Shown here piece after piece: positions 37,049 through 50,696 of a DNA stretch of 64,000 nucleotides. The stretch is from the IMG/VR virus record IMGVR_UViG_3300047476_000972, positions 1 through 64,000 of that record; one strand, 5' to 3'. The translations under genes and the position numbers were made by a program. Below the pieces are notes generated by a model. That model was given only the letters and a program-made list of their open reading frames with translations, was not told the origin of the DNA and searched no databases. This DNA is from a virus. Position 1 is the stretch's first letter. Every line of letters begins with the position of its first letter.

Positions 37049-37500
37049 TAGACACGCCTGGATGGTACGAAGAAGCTGAATGCTCTAAGCCAATATATAG
37101 AGATGTAATTAAGAACTTCTTTCTGAACAAGTCGGCTCAGCAGTTGCCTGCGCTGAAGATATGCGATGCATGTCCAGTAAAAAGAGATTGCCTTAAGATG
37201 GCCCTAGAAAATAAAGAAATATGGGGCATATGGGGAGGGCTCACTCCTAAAAAGATCCGTAGAACTCTATCTGTGAATTGGCAAGGCCAAGAGATGCGTC
37301 ACAAGCGCCCACCACTATGTCCTGCCTGTGAGGCAAAGACTGACAAACTTATAACTAAGACAGTCAATCGCCCTAACGGTGGGCGCTGGGCAACCATGAA
37401 GCTAGTCGAGTGTGTGGAGTGTAATTTCTCATGGCAGAGCAGAACAAGTGCTAATGCTGTAGAGGCGTTTCACTTGCTAAAGACTAAGAAGAAGTCCTAG
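37045..37500 (+). CDS. whiB: WhiB-family transcription factor with C-terminal zinc ribbon
   Basis: AEC...FF...ICDACPVKRDC...WGIWGGLT (four Cys + G[IV]WGG); extra CPAC...CVEC domain. Confidence 0.9.
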   Translation: MIDTPGWYEEAECSKPIYRDVIKNFFLNKSAQQLPALKICDACPVKRDCLKMALENKEIWGIWGGLTPKKIRRTLSVNWQGQEMRHKRPPLCPACEAKTDKLITKTVNRPNGGRWATMKLVECVECNFSWQSRTSANAVEAFHLLKTKKKS

Positions 37501-38575
37501 CTGCAGCCTTGTAATACTCTAGATTATTTTTCAAACGTTCGTTGTTTGGGTCGTGAAGTACGGCAGCTTCTCCATAAACCAAAGCTTCTTGGTACATCCC
37601 TAGGTTGTATGCAGCTATAGAAGCTAAGTCGTGCGGTAAGGCTCCCCAAGCAAAGTCCTCGCATAGATAGTCCAATGGCTTCTCTTTGATCTTGAGAGCG
37701 TCTAGCGAAACCTCGTAGCAATCAGCCCAGTTCTTTTCTTCGTACAAAAATTGCGCGTACTCTACGAGGGCTTCCCTGCGTCCGGGGGCTTCATCTATAG
37801 CTGAAACTAGCCATGTAAAGCGATTCTCTGGCTCGCACTTAGCTAGGTAGCGCATTGATGCGGCTCGCTCTGGCCTCCAAGTTGCGCTAGGAATTGATAG
37901 GTGCCTTTTGAATTCTTTAGCAGCTTCTTCGTACTGAGCGTAGAAGAAGAGCTCCCTAGCGTAATAAAAAGCACTTCTATCGTCGTTTGGTGTTTCTTTT
38001 ACAGCGAGTTTTAGTAGTGGAAGGTACTGCCCACGGCTCTTAGTAGGGTCAGCTCTGTGGTGCAGAATTACCTCTGGGATAGTTACTCGACTCTCTGGTC
38101 GATCCATTTCCCAGTAAAGAGTCTCGTGGCAAGGTTGACGCCAGCGGTATCCAAAGCGTCCATGAATTTTGTCAGCATAGAACTGAATGCCTGGAGTTAC
38201 TCCATCTTCTTTCCAGTTCCAGATGTAGTCATAGGCGATGCGATCAATGTTTCCGTTGGTTTCTTGCCAAGCCTTATCTATTGCATCTGCCCAGCCTGGT
38301 TGTAGATACTCGTCTAAATCGATTGATAGGCAGATATCAATATCGGCTGGAATCAAACTTAAGGCCGTATTTCTAGGAACATCAAAACGCCACGGCTTCT
38401 GAGTAATCTCATAAACAACTGCTCCGCGCTCTCGTAGACGTTCTACGGTGCCGTCTGTTGATCCGGTGTCGCAGACTAAAACAAGATCTGCTCCCTCGTT
38501 TGCATCCATAAATTTATCTACATGTTTGATCTCGTTTAGTGCGATGGCATAGACACAAGTTCTTACTTTACGCAT
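37484..38575 (-). CDS. GT2 glycosyltransferase with C-terminal TPR repeats
   Basis: VYAIALNE...DTGSTDGT...PWRFD..RN...SIDLDE; TPR-like C-terminus. Confidence 0.85.
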   Translation of the reverse strand: MRKVRTCVYAIALNEIKHVDKFMDANEGADLVLVCDTGSTDGTVERLRERGAVVYEITQKPWRFDVPRNTALSLIPADIDICLSIDLDEYLQPGWADAIDKAWQETNGNIDRIAYDYIWNWKEDGVTPGIQFYADKIHGRFGYRWRQPCHETLYWEMDRPESRVTIPEVILHHRADPTKSRGQYLPLLKLAVKETPNDDRSAFYYARELFFYAQYEEAAKEFKRHLSIPSATWRPERAASMRYLAKCEPENRFTWLVSAIDEAPGRREALVEYAQFLYEEKNWADCYEVSLDALKIKEKPLDYLCEDFAWGALPHDLASIAAYNLGMYQEALVYGEAAVLHDPNNERLKNNLEYYKAAARTSS

Positions 38576-39614
38576 TTGATCCCTCGTACCACTTCATGTT
38601 TTCAATGAGTCTTTGATTATTCGGATCTAATTCTAATGCTAGCTTCCCGTGTTTAAGTGCCAGCTCGATTTTCCCGCAGTAGTATGCGGAAAGGGCGACA
38701 ATGTCATGAGGACCGTACCCCCATGCTTCTTTAGAGTAAGTGAATCCGTCACGACGTTCAGCAACATCTAAACACTCTAATGCAAGCCTAAGAGCTATCG
38801 AGTGATCTCCTTCAGACGAGTAAAGTTTTGCCATATCGTATAAAGTTTCTCGCTCTTTACTCTGTCCATAGGCTCTCCACAGCTGTACCATTGCAGTATC
38901 TGTATCCCCTTTTGCTTGGTAGTTGCGTGCAATGTTTCTTGCAATATAGGATTTAACAACAGGGCCATCGGAGCACTTATCATAGCTCTCGGAGCGCCAA
39001 AATATAGCTTGATCTAGATTTCCTATAGCCTCGTAATCATTTGCTAAGAAATACCTAGTGCGCCAATTTTCATCGCCCTCGCTAATCTTCTTGTGTAAGA
39101 GGTTCAAATAGCTGCGTCTACTCTTTGTAGTGTCTTGCCATTCGTCAAGAAAAATTTGATCATTCCACAGGGTTTTCTCTGAAATAGACCAAGATAAGGT
39201 CTCGTGAACTGCACCCACCCATTTGCAATTATGACGAGAGTGGATCTTAGAATGCCATTGCCAAGAACCGCCATTGTGTCGGTATCGGTGATTCAAAATA
39301 GTGGCGTCTAGTTCCCATGAATCCTCTAGATGTTTTCGCCAGCCTGGCAACAACACTTCATCAATGTCTAGCGAGACTGCAATGTCTACATCTGAGGGTA
39401 GCAAATTTAGAGCTGCATTTTTAGCGTCATCGAATCGCCAAGGAGCTATTTTGATTTTGTAAACCTGAATTCCTAGCGACTCTGCAAGGACACTAGTTCC
39501 GTCTGTAGACCCCGTGTCTGCCAGCAAAATATAATCTGCTTCTTTCGCAGACTCTGCCCAGCGGGAAATGAATTGCTCCTCGTTTAGAGCTATAGCGTAG
39601 ACCGCTACCTTCAT
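38568..39614 (-). CDS. GT2 glycosyltransferase with TPR repeats (paralog)
   Basis: VYAIALNE...DTGSTDGT...PWRFDDAKN...SLDIDE...W.GAVHE. Confidence 0.85.
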   Translation of the reverse strand: MKVAVYAIALNEEQFISRWAESAKEADYILLADTGSTDGTSVLAESLGIQVYKIKIAPWRFDDAKNAALNLLPSDVDIAVSLDIDEVLLPGWRKHLEDSWELDATILNHRYRHNGGSWQWHSKIHSRHNCKWVGAVHETLSWSISEKTLWNDQIFLDEWQDTTKSRRSYLNLLHKKISEGDENWRTRYFLANDYEAIGNLDQAIFWRSESYDKCSDGPVVKSYIARNIARNYQAKGDTDTAMVQLWRAYGQSKERETLYDMAKLYSSEGDHSIALRLALECLDVAERRDGFTYSKEAWGYGPHDIVALSAYYCGKIELALKHGKLALELDPNNQRLIENMKWYEGSNA

Positions 39615-39616
39615 AA

Positions 39617-40822
39617 CTACTCCACTGTAATAACGCTGATGAACTCTCGAGGGTTGAAATCTCCACCTAGAACCATAGTAAGAAGTCCGGCATTAGAGGT
39701 TGCACCAGCTCGGTCACGGTACCACTCCGACCCTGGGTCCGTGGTTGGGCACTGACACCACAAGCGGTGTCCGATATCCATTGTGCGGAAGTTGTGGTAG
39801 TGGCCAGAGATCCATACGTCGCACAGGCCTAGAGCAGTCTGACCTAGGGACTGTTGCTGTAGGTACTTCTCTGGATTGTTTGCGCTCATCTGGTGGCCGT
39901 GGAATAGTCCTACCATTGTTCCGTTGATGTCTACTGCTAGAGTCTGGTGTCCCGACGCAGGGAAGCGGAATTCAACATGTGACAGAGCTTGGTTTTCTGC
40001 ACACGCATCCTGAACAGCAGATGCAATTTCCACATTCCATCCGTCTGCAGGGTCTGCAGCGACTTGGCGAGTTACCTCGTCGTGGTTTCCGTTTACTACG
40101 GGGACAACCATACGCTCCGCCATTGGAGCAAAAGATTTAATCTGTGACATAAGTAGTCGACGTGCTACACGAACTTGCTCGGTCAGACCTAGGTCAGATG
40201 CAGCTTGGCCTTGTAGACGTCCACCCTGAGAAACAATTCCTTCTACGTGGTCGCCAGGTAGTGCTAGAACAATTGTTCCTAGCTCTAGTCCAATTTTTTT
40301 ATAAGCCTCGAACTTGTCAACAGCCTTCTGTGTTCCAGCCAAGATTCGATCAATAGACTGCTGAGTACCATTCCCCTGAGCCTTCTTACCGATCTGCTGA
40401 TCGCTCGGTGCGACTAAGTATGCACCTTTACCAGTGCGTTGCTTTATCCCGCGCTCTGGACGCCACTTCTTAATTTCATCAATTAGCTTTTCTGCATCTA
40501 GCGCATTTTCTCGGTCAGCCCAAGCGTTGTTCGGGGTTAGATTCACTCGAACAGACTCGAGGAACTCTCCGTCATACTTCTGCCACTTACCTCGGCGCAT
40601 GGACGACACTGTCCATTCTTCTGGGTCAAGTCCAAATTCTTGAAGAATCGAGCTAGCGTCAGGAATCTCCGATGATGGACGGGGCTTCGAGATTACGAAA
40701 CCACCCTTAGAGGAATCAACATCCATTCTTGGACGCCAATCCTCTGGGATATTTAGAGACTTAATGTCAGATCCGGTTGTCCCCGGTGAAGCTAGTTTTT
40801 CTAAGCGTTCGCTTAGGCTCAT
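39617..40822 (-). CDS. Calcineurin-like metallophosphoesterase (Mre11-like nuclease fold)
   Basis: SDQQIG, PGDHVEG, NGNHD, FHGH, SGHYH motifs. Confidence 0.8.
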   Translation of the reverse strand: MSLSERLEKLASPGTTGSDIKSLNIPEDWRPRMDVDSSKGGFVISKPRPSSEIPDASSILQEFGLDPEEWTVSSMRRGKWQKYDGEFLESVRVNLTPNNAWADRENALDAEKLIDEIKKWRPERGIKQRTGKGAYLVAPSDQQIGKKAQGNGTQQSIDRILAGTQKAVDKFEAYKKIGLELGTIVLALPGDHVEGIVSQGGRLQGQAASDLGLTEQVRVARRLLMSQIKSFAPMAERMVVPVVNGNHDEVTRQVAADPADGWNVEIASAVQDACAENQALSHVEFRFPASGHQTLAVDINGTMVGLFHGHQMSANNPEKYLQQQSLGQTALGLCDVWISGHYHNFRTMDIGHRLWCQCPTTDPGSEWYRDRAGATSNAGLLTMVLGGDFNPREFISVITVE

Positions 40823-41082
40823 TTCTGAACCTTCCTATAGCATGTACAGATCTTTCCCCTATGACGATCAAAGGAGCTCTTTGATACATCATACCCCTCT
40901 TCACGCATAAGTTGGGATAAAGTTACATTAGACACGCTAGCAGGATCTTCATAAGATACGGCCATCACTTCATTCAGAAGTTGTACGTCTTTAGCGGGCA
41001 GTTTAGAAAGTATCCGCCCTACTTTGCATTTTAAATTTGAAGACTCTGACTGGGCGTCAGCAAGCTTTTTTGATAGAGACAT
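40819..41082 (-). CDS. Small HTH-like protein with Cys/His motif
   Basis: CKVG...VS..TL..L...G..VS.SS..RHR...CTC; AAGGAG SD. Confidence 0.6.
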   Translation of the reverse strand: MSLSKKLADAQSESSNLKCKVGRILSKLPAKDVQLLNEVMAVSYEDPASVSNVTLSQLMREEGYDVSKSSFDRHRGKICTCYRKVQK

Positions 41083-41111
41083 GGCTGCTCCTTCATTTCG
41101 TCTATTTCGTC

Positions 41112-41140
41112 ATTTTATAGCTTATCAACATTCAAGTCAA
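41112..41140 (-). promoter_or_regulatory. Sigma70/SigA-type promoter
   Basis: On the - strand: TTGACT, 17 bp, TAAAAT. Confidence 0.6.
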
Positions 41141-41148
41141 TATTTAAA

Positions 41149-41508
41149 CTATTCTGGTTTTTTTCGAGGCTTTCTTCGAATTGAAATAGGCTCTTCTGTC
41201 ATCCTTAGCCCACCCAGATCTAAGCCATTTTTGGCTAAAATTATGTCTTTTATAAGTTCTGTTTCTGCCGACATCTTCACGACGTGGGTCTCGATGCTGT
41301 TGACTCGATCAGCCAAAGAGCTGCCACCATTCTCCCAGAGTTGGTGCTCTACGCGGTCCAACCGCTCAGATATAGTTCTGCCCTTACCGTCTGCTCCCAG
41401 TACTTCACTTAGGCGGTGAACGATTCTAAAGGTAGCATATACGCCACCAAAGATAACGCCAAGGGCGGTTATTACAGCGGCAATAGTTAAAATAATCTCG
41501 ACAGTCAT
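41149..41508 (-). CDS. Single-pass membrane protein (lysis-cassette / DUF2746-like)
   Basis: N-terminal TM helix; RVEHQLWENGGSSLADRV..IE; basic C-terminus. Confidence 0.6.
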   Translation of the reverse strand: MTVEIILTIAAVITALGVIFGGVYATFRIVHRLSEVLGADGKGRTISERLDRVEHQLWENGGSSLADRVNSIETHVVKMSAETELIKDIILAKNGLDLGGLRMTEEPISIRRKPRKKPE

Positions 41509-41557
41509 GACCTATAATAGAAATCTACTCGGTGAACCAATTAGGTTTGTTTCATCT

Positions 41558-41565
41558 ATTTTACC
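41558..41565 (-). promoter_or_regulatory. GGTAAAAT promoter motif (- strand)
   Basis: ATTTTACC on the + strand, 49 nt upstream of the membrane protein ATG. Confidence 0.5.
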
Positions 41566-41737
41566 CTAATAGGGTCTTCCTTATTTGGCTGGGCGTTAGG
41601 TCGTCCCCCTGAATGAGTCTGCTGGCAATCTGCCATTTTTATTTTTGAGTTTGCATTTGTTGCCTTTGGCTGTATGCTGATGTTAGTATTTTCGGAGAGT
41701 TTATGTATTTCTTTAGTGACGGCAAGGCGGTAGCGTA

Positions 41738-44377
41738 ATGAGCGCATGGGAGACAGCGGGTAACGGAAAGCTTGCTCGCGGAGCCGCGTACTTTGCACGT
41801 GAGCACGGGTGGACAATTCTGCCAGTACACGGCATTACCAATGACGGTCGTTGCACCTGTGGTCGTCCTCACGCAGAGACCAAAGACATTGGTAAGCACC
41901 CAGCTCTGAATAGCTGGAACACTGAATCCTCTAACAATCCTGAAGTAGTTGCTAAGTGGTACGAAGAAAACCCTGACTACAACATCGGTGTTTTCTGTAA
42001 GCCGTCTGGATTCTTTGCGATTGATATTGATCCACGTTCTGGTGGAGATGACTCTTTTGAGATTCTTGAAGCACGCGCCGAGGGTGCACTACCTCCAACT
42101 GTTGAGGCGCAGACCGGAAACTACACCGTACGTGGAAAAGTTGTACGTGGTCGCCACCTAATCTACAAGTGCGATCCTAATGAGAAGTTCCTAGGAAACT
42201 TAGAAAAGTCTGGCCTTAAGGGAATTGATATTAAGCACAATGGGTACATTCTTATTGCGCCTTCTCGCCACTTCTCTGGTACTACATACGACTGGAAGCC
42301 TGGTCACGCTCCTTGGGAGATGGAAATTGCTACAGCACCTGAAGAACTACTTGCAGTCCTACGTGCTCGTACGCCTCGTCAGGGATCTGGCTCTGCGTAC
42401 AAAGAAGGATCGTGGGATTGGCTGGACGAGCTTGAGTTCAGTGGTGAAAAAGTTGACATCGAAAAGATTCTCGGTGAAGGCATTGACGAAGGCCACCGAG
42501 CAGTCGAGGTTTATCGACTTGCTTGTGCTCTAGCAAATAAGTTTGGTACCAGCTCTGAATCTCGTTTGATGATTGAGTCAATGATGATTCGCTTCAATCA
42601 CGAGATGATCCGTCCTCCTATGGAGCTAGAGGGTCCTAACTCGCTATTGATGCATACTCACCGTGCAATTGATTTTGTCTCTAACAGTCCGAAACTTGAT
42701 CGCAAGTGGGAGGGCCTCACGGAGTGGGCGCGTAATGGCGGTAACGAATGGGCTAAGAGGTCTCAGGAGGAAACCTCTCAGTCTCTAGTTCTATCTGGCT
42801 CTGACAACTCTGCTATGCCTGTTGCTTCTATGCCACCTAAGTTTGTTGGGGACATTGTTACTGACCTAATTGAGAGTGGTGTTTCTGTAGCAGATGCTAC
42901 AAACAAGGGAAACACTCCCCTACCTAAAGATGTTGACGCAATTAGCGCCGAAGATGGTGGACGTCCGGGCTATCGAACTCTTACTGATGTTGGTAACAGC
43001 CGTAGGCTTATTGATACATATGGATCTGCAATCCGCTACACCCCTGGACTTGGCTGGTTCTATTGGGAAGGTCAGTACTGGTGTCCAGACGCTGAAGAAC
43101 TTCACCTAAAAGAGCTAGCTAAACGAATTTCTACGGTTATTGCCAGCGAAGTTATTAACTACGACGAAGACGACCCTAAGCGTTCAGAATTAGTAAACCA
43201 CGCTAAGCAAGCCAAGTCAGCTGCAAAGATTTCGACCATGACAGCACTTGCTGACTCAGATGAGCGAGTCTCTGTTCCTGTAGAAAACTGGGACAGCTCA
43301 CCGCACTTGCTTGGTGTTCTCAATGGTGTGGTTGATCTACGTAGCGGAGAACTTCTACGTGGTCGTCCTGATCTGCACATTACCAAGCGTGCTCCGGTCT
43401 CGTACACTCCCGGGTTGCGCAACATCCGCTGGGAACAGTTTATTGACTATGCAACTGGTGGCGATAAAGAACTCCAAGAGTGGATCCAAAAAGCAGTTGG
43501 CTATACACTAACGGGTCTTAGCAACCAAGACGTATTGTTTTTGGTCTATGGACCTCCAGGATCTGGTAAGAACACGTTCGTTGAGACTATTGTCAATGCC
43601 CTTGGTTCTGAACAGTACGCTGGAAAATTGCCATCTGAAATTATGGCGTCTGGTCAGGCTCAAAACTCTTCGAACCAGTACTACATGGCTGAACTTCGTG
43701 GTAAGCGTATGATCTGGATTGACGAGTTGCCAGAGTCCGAGCGCCTAAATGAAAACCAGATTAAGCAGCTGACTGGTTCATCTACTATTCAGGGCCGTTC
43801 ACCTGGCGAGAAGCCTTTTACATTCAAGGCCCAAGGCAAGATGTGGATCACGACTAACCACCGTCCGATCATTACTGACGATGCTATGTGGCGTCGTCTG
43901 CGTCCAATCCCATGGTCAAACATCCCAGAGACTTCAGATCCAGACCTAAAAGCATACCTATCCGACCCAGAGGGTGGTCTTCCAGCAGTTCTATCATGGG
44001 CGGTAGATGGCGCAATTAAGTACCTGACTTCTTCTGCGCGCGATCCTCTTGGAATGTGCGGTGCTATTAGTGACGCTTCTGACATCTATCGTAAGAACGA
44101 AGACCGAATCGGTATCTTCCTTGATGAAGAAACGAAGGAGTCGGTAGGCGCATCTGCCCAGATTAAGAGCCTCTACTCTGTCTATCGTGTGTGGAGTGAT
44201 GAGCGTGGTGAGCGTCCTATGTCACAGATTGCGTTCCAGCGTAAGCTCTCGGATCGCGGTATGACAGTTGTTGGTCAGGGAGCTAAGGCAACTCTAGAGA
44301 ATCGTGCTTTGAACCCTCGTGTTGTTCCTAGTGGTGAAGTAGACTGGGGTATGGCAACACGACTAGCTCGAATCTAA
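41738..44377 (+). CDS. Bifunctional primase-polymerase fused to D5-like SF3 helicase
   Basis: CTCG..H....GKHP, NIGV, IDIDPRSGG, GRHLIY, YILIAPS.H.SG..Y.W; D5-N region; YGPPGSGKNT Walker A. Confidence 0.9.
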   Translation: MSAWETAGNGKLARGAAYFAREHGWTILPVHGITNDGRCTCGRPHAETKDIGKHPALNSWNTESSNNPEVVAKWYEENPDYNIGVFCKPSGFFAIDIDPRSGGDDSFEILEARAEGALPPTVEAQTGNYTVRGKVVRGRHLIYKCDPNEKFLGNLEKSGLKGIDIKHNGYILIAPSRHFSGTTYDWKPGHAPWEMEIATAPEELLAVLRARTPRQGSGSAYKEGSWDWLDELEFSGEKVDIEKILGEGIDEGHRAVEVYRLACALANKFGTSSESRLMIESMMIRFNHEMIRPPMELEGPNSLLMHTHRAIDFVSNSPKLDRKWEGLTEWARNGGNEWAKRSQEETSQSLVLSGSDNSAMPVASMPPKFVGDIVTDLIESGVSVADATNKGNTPLPKDVDAISAEDGGRPGYRTLTDVGNSRRLIDTYGSAIRYTPGLGWFYWEGQYWCPDAEELHLKELAKRISTVIASEVINYDEDDPKRSELVNHAKQAKSAAKISTMTALADSDERVSVPVENWDSSPHLLGVLNGVVDLRSGELLRGRPDLHITKRAPVSYTPGLRNIRWEQFIDYATGGDKELQEWIQKAVGYTLTGLSNQDVLFLVYGPPGSGKNTFVETIVNALGSEQYAGKLPSEIMASGQAQNSSNQYYMAELRGKRMIWIDELPESERLNENQIKQLTGSSTIQGRSPGEKPFTFKAQGKMWITTNHRPIITDDAMWRRLRPIPWSNIPETSDPDLKAYLSDPEGGLPAVLSWAVDGAIKYLTSSARDPLGMCGAISDASDIYRKNEDRIGIFLDEETKESVGASAQIKSLYSVYRVWSDERGERPMSQIAFQRKLSDRGMTVVGQGAKATLENRALNPRVVPSGEVDWGMATRLARI

Positions 44378-44384
44378 GGATAAA

Positions 44385-45140
44385 ATGAAACTCTTTATCG
44401 GAACGCCAATGTATGGCGGAAACTGCAAAACTTCCTATGTGCAGAGTCTTTTAGATCTAATTTTACAACTGAAGGCTACCGAAGGCTATGAAGTTGAGTG
44501 GAGCTTTATTTACAATGAAAGCCTTATCACTCGAGCTAGAAACACCGTTGTTGATAATTTCCTAAAGTCTGATGCAGATGCGCTTCTATTTATCGATAGT
44601 GATCACGGGTTCTCTGCTAGTGACATCATAAAGATGATTGAGTCTGGTAAAGATCTTATTGGTGCGGTTTATCCGATGAAGGCACTGAATTGGGAAAGAA
44701 CTGTAGACGCAGCTAATCTTGGGTATCCAGATATCGAGTACTATAGTGGGTTCTTCGCGGCTAACATGTTACCTGGAACAGTGAACTTTAGCATTCTCGA
44801 GCCGCTAGAAGTCGAGTCCGTTGGAACCGGAATGATGTTCATCACCCGAAAAGTTTTTGAGGAAATGGCACCAATTTGCCAGAAGTATGCAAGACACTCC
44901 CAAGGGAGTGGGGAGATTTCTTTCACCGATGATCCTTATATTGAGTTCTTCAAAACAAGTATCGATGAGCGCGGAGTTCTTTTGTCTGAAGATTACGAGT
45001 TCTGCCGTATGTGGCGATCGCTGGGGAACTCGGTCTACGCAGCTCCTTGGGTAACTATTACCCATGCCGGTGAGTATGTCTTTAAGGGTAGCTTTGCTAG
45101 AACTCTTATGTACTTAAATAATAAAGAAAATAAAAACTAA
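44385..45140 (+). CDS. GT-A-fold glycosyltransferase-like protein
   Basis: IGTPMYGG...ESLITRARN...LLFIDSD...GTGMM.I.R.VFE...LSEDY.FC..WR..G...H.G. Confidence 0.7.
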   Translation: MKLFIGTPMYGGNCKTSYVQSLLDLILQLKATEGYEVEWSFIYNESLITRARNTVVDNFLKSDADALLFIDSDHGFSASDIIKMIESGKDLIGAVYPMKALNWERTVDAANLGYPDIEYYSGFFAANMLPGTVNFSILEPLEVESVGTGMMFITRKVFEEMAPICQKYARHSQGSGEISFTDDPYIEFFKTSIDERGVLLSEDYEFCRMWRSLGNSVYAAPWVTITHAGEYVFKGSFARTLMYLNNKENKN

Positions 45141-45412
45141 GAAGTTTTAGACAAGTACTGACCGTACTTCATTTTTAAGTGAGACTTCAGGGCCTTAGCC
45201 TCAGAGGAGTACTGATCAAATATCTCTGTTTCAGAGTATTCTTCTGGAGTTTTTGAACCATCAGCCACCAAACTCGACTTTAGTTTATATGTAAAATCTC
45301 CTATAGATGCCTCGAAAAAGAACTCCCAGCGTTTAACCGATCCGTCCTCATTTAAAACTGGGCTAAGGTTAGTGATGCTTTTTGTTGCTAGGTCCCATGT
45401 CTCTTCTGGCAT
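45137..45412 (-). CDS. Hypothetical protein
   Basis: TAATG-coupled to the upstream - strand gene. Confidence 0.6.
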   Translation of the reverse strand: MPEETWDLATKSITNLSPVLNEDGSVKRWEFFFEASIGDFTYKLKSSLVADGSKTPEEYSETEIFDQYSSEAKALKSHLKMKYGQYLSKTS

Positions 45413-45747
45413 TATCTAAGCCCTCTAATCAAAGCTTCAATCTCGACGTCGGTAAGTCCAACTGTATCTTTGAGCTTCTGACGGGCAGTAAATGGCGCTT
45501 CTCTAGCTTCTATTTCTTCTGAAGTTAGGTTTCTGATGGCCCAAGTCTGAGTGTATGTCCCACCATTCAACTCTGGACTTGTCTCGTAATATGTTTCTGT
45601 TGAGGTTATCGTCGGAGGATTGGTTGGCTCAACAGCAAACCACCCGACGGGCAGTTGATCACCTATTTGCCACCCCTCAACTGCGAGGGCAGCATCTCCA
45701 GGGAAAAGTGGATATCTGTTATTTACCGTGTCAATATACATATACAT
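45412..45747 (-). CDS. Small fibre-associated hypothetical protein
   Basis: QTW.IR.LT.EEI...GLTD.EIEAL pattern common after phage fibre genes. Confidence 0.55.
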   Translation of the reverse strand: MYMYIDTVNNRYPLFPGDAALAVEGWQIGDQLPVGWFAVEPTNPPTITSTETYYETSPELNGGTYTQTWAIRNLTSEEIEAREAPFTARQKLKDTVGLTDVEIEALIRGLR

Positions 45748-45750
45748 AGT

Positions 45751-47094
45751 TTACTTTATGTTCCTTTTGTATGAAGAAAGAGTACCAGAAAAAGCGCTAG
45801 TACTAGCATTTCCTGATGTCGAGGATGTGGTAGCTACTCCGATAGATGTAGAGGCCCATGAGGCCGGAGTTGCTGAAGCTAGAGATCCAACCGAGTAATT
45901 GATGTCTCCATATGTCCCAGTTAGTGAACCATCGCCAGGAAGTTTAACAATTCCAACGCATGCATTACTTGAGCCATTAATGGTTATAGATCCAACTGGT
46001 ATATACAAATTTTCACTAGAATCTAGTTTTATTTCAAAGCCGTATCCGGCACTTACACCAGATAGAATTCGTTGCCAAAGTAAATTGCCATTAGTGTCAT
46101 ACTTAGCAATTAGAGTATTGTAGTTGGGGTAATCACTGCCTACCGCATAGATATTTCCAGATGTCGGAGAATGCACTACTGATCGCCATAGTCCCCCCTC
46201 GAGAGCTCTAGTCCAGGCGACAGACCCGTTGGATCCGTTGATTTTGGACAGAACTGCCAACACCGTGTAAGGAGTGACTCCGCTATCTGATCCTTGATAC
46301 CCGGCAGCGTAGGCATTTGTGGTGTCGGCAGACATACATAGTGTACTGCTATATCGATTAGAGTCGTTATTGTAGTATATACTCCAGAGCTGGCCATACG
46401 TTTCATTTAATTTAGTAATTAATCCGTAGGCTTCTGGAAATGATCCAGTGGATGCAAAGTCTCCATAAAAATACAGACTTTGAGTAGAACCTTCCATTTT
46501 TACGTTATCAAAGTAGCCGTTACTGCCGTGAGTGAGATTACGATACGTATTAAAATTATCTCCAGTAGTGTTAAACCTAGTAGTCATGTAATAGATACTA
46601 GGCGCGCTGCCGAATCCTGCTACAGATACGGTATTTCCGAATGGGTCTAATGCTAAAGATCTGTGGTGAAATAGACTGTTACTCGTCACCCCGTCCCCTA
46701 CCAGTCTTTGCCATATAATGTCTCCGTTTAGGTCTATTTTCATATGTAGTCTTTTAGCTACGCCGCTTGTATAAACGGCACCTAAAAGAAACAGCTCGGA
46801 ACCACTACATTGCATTGACTGAAAATAAGTTTCTGCACCAGCTTGGTACCATTTTTGCCAGACTTTACGTCCGTATTGGTCAATTTTTGCCAAAAATCCA
46901 GAACTTAGGTTGCTTGGCCCAGATCCATATCCACATACGTAACTATTTCCCGAGGAATCAATGGCAATTCCTTGAACCCCTTCGTATGTTGATGACGTCT
47001 CGCCGAAGACTGAAACCCAGTGAGGAGATAGAGTCTCTAAAAATCTTCCACCGCTACCCATGGAAGCATTTCCCAATGATTGAAGTATTGGCAT
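45751..47094 (-). CDS. Beta-propeller repeat protein (receptor-binding-like)
   Basis: Repeated IAIDSSGN.Y..G / AKYD.NG.LLWQR units. Confidence 0.7.
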   Translation of the reverse strand: MPILQSLGNASMGSGGRFLETLSPHWVSVFGETSSTYEGVQGIAIDSSGNSYVCGYGSGPSNLSSGFLAKIDQYGRKVWQKWYQAGAETYFQSMQCSGSELFLLGAVYTSGVAKRLHMKIDLNGDIIWQRLVGDGVTSNSLFHHRSLALDPFGNTVSVAGFGSAPSIYYMTTRFNTTGDNFNTYRNLTHGSNGYFDNVKMEGSTQSLYFYGDFASTGSFPEAYGLITKLNETYGQLWSIYYNNDSNRYSSTLCMSADTTNAYAAGYQGSDSGVTPYTVLAVLSKINGSNGSVAWTRALEGGLWRSVVHSPTSGNIYAVGSDYPNYNTLIAKYDTNGNLLWQRILSGVSAGYGFEIKLDSSENLYIPVGSITINGSSNACVGIVKLPGDGSLTGTYGDINYSVGSLASATPASWASTSIGVATTSSTSGNASTSAFSGTLSSYKRNIK

Positions 47095-47100
47095 AAATAC

Positions 47101-50695
<3,595 letters not shown>

Positions 50696-50696
<1 letters not shown>

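Noticed and set aside
41509-41737. tRNA or other ncRNA, or the short ORFs 41556..41816 and 41639..41899, in the divergent intergenic region
   Set aside because: No cloverleaf or T-loop consensus. The region is explained by divergent promoters, and the ORFs overlap the primase gene on the opposite strand.
27904-44377. Inteins or introns in polymerase, helicase or primase
   Set aside because: The ORFs are uninterrupted and of ordinary length, with no intein terminal motifs or homing-endonuclease motifs seen.
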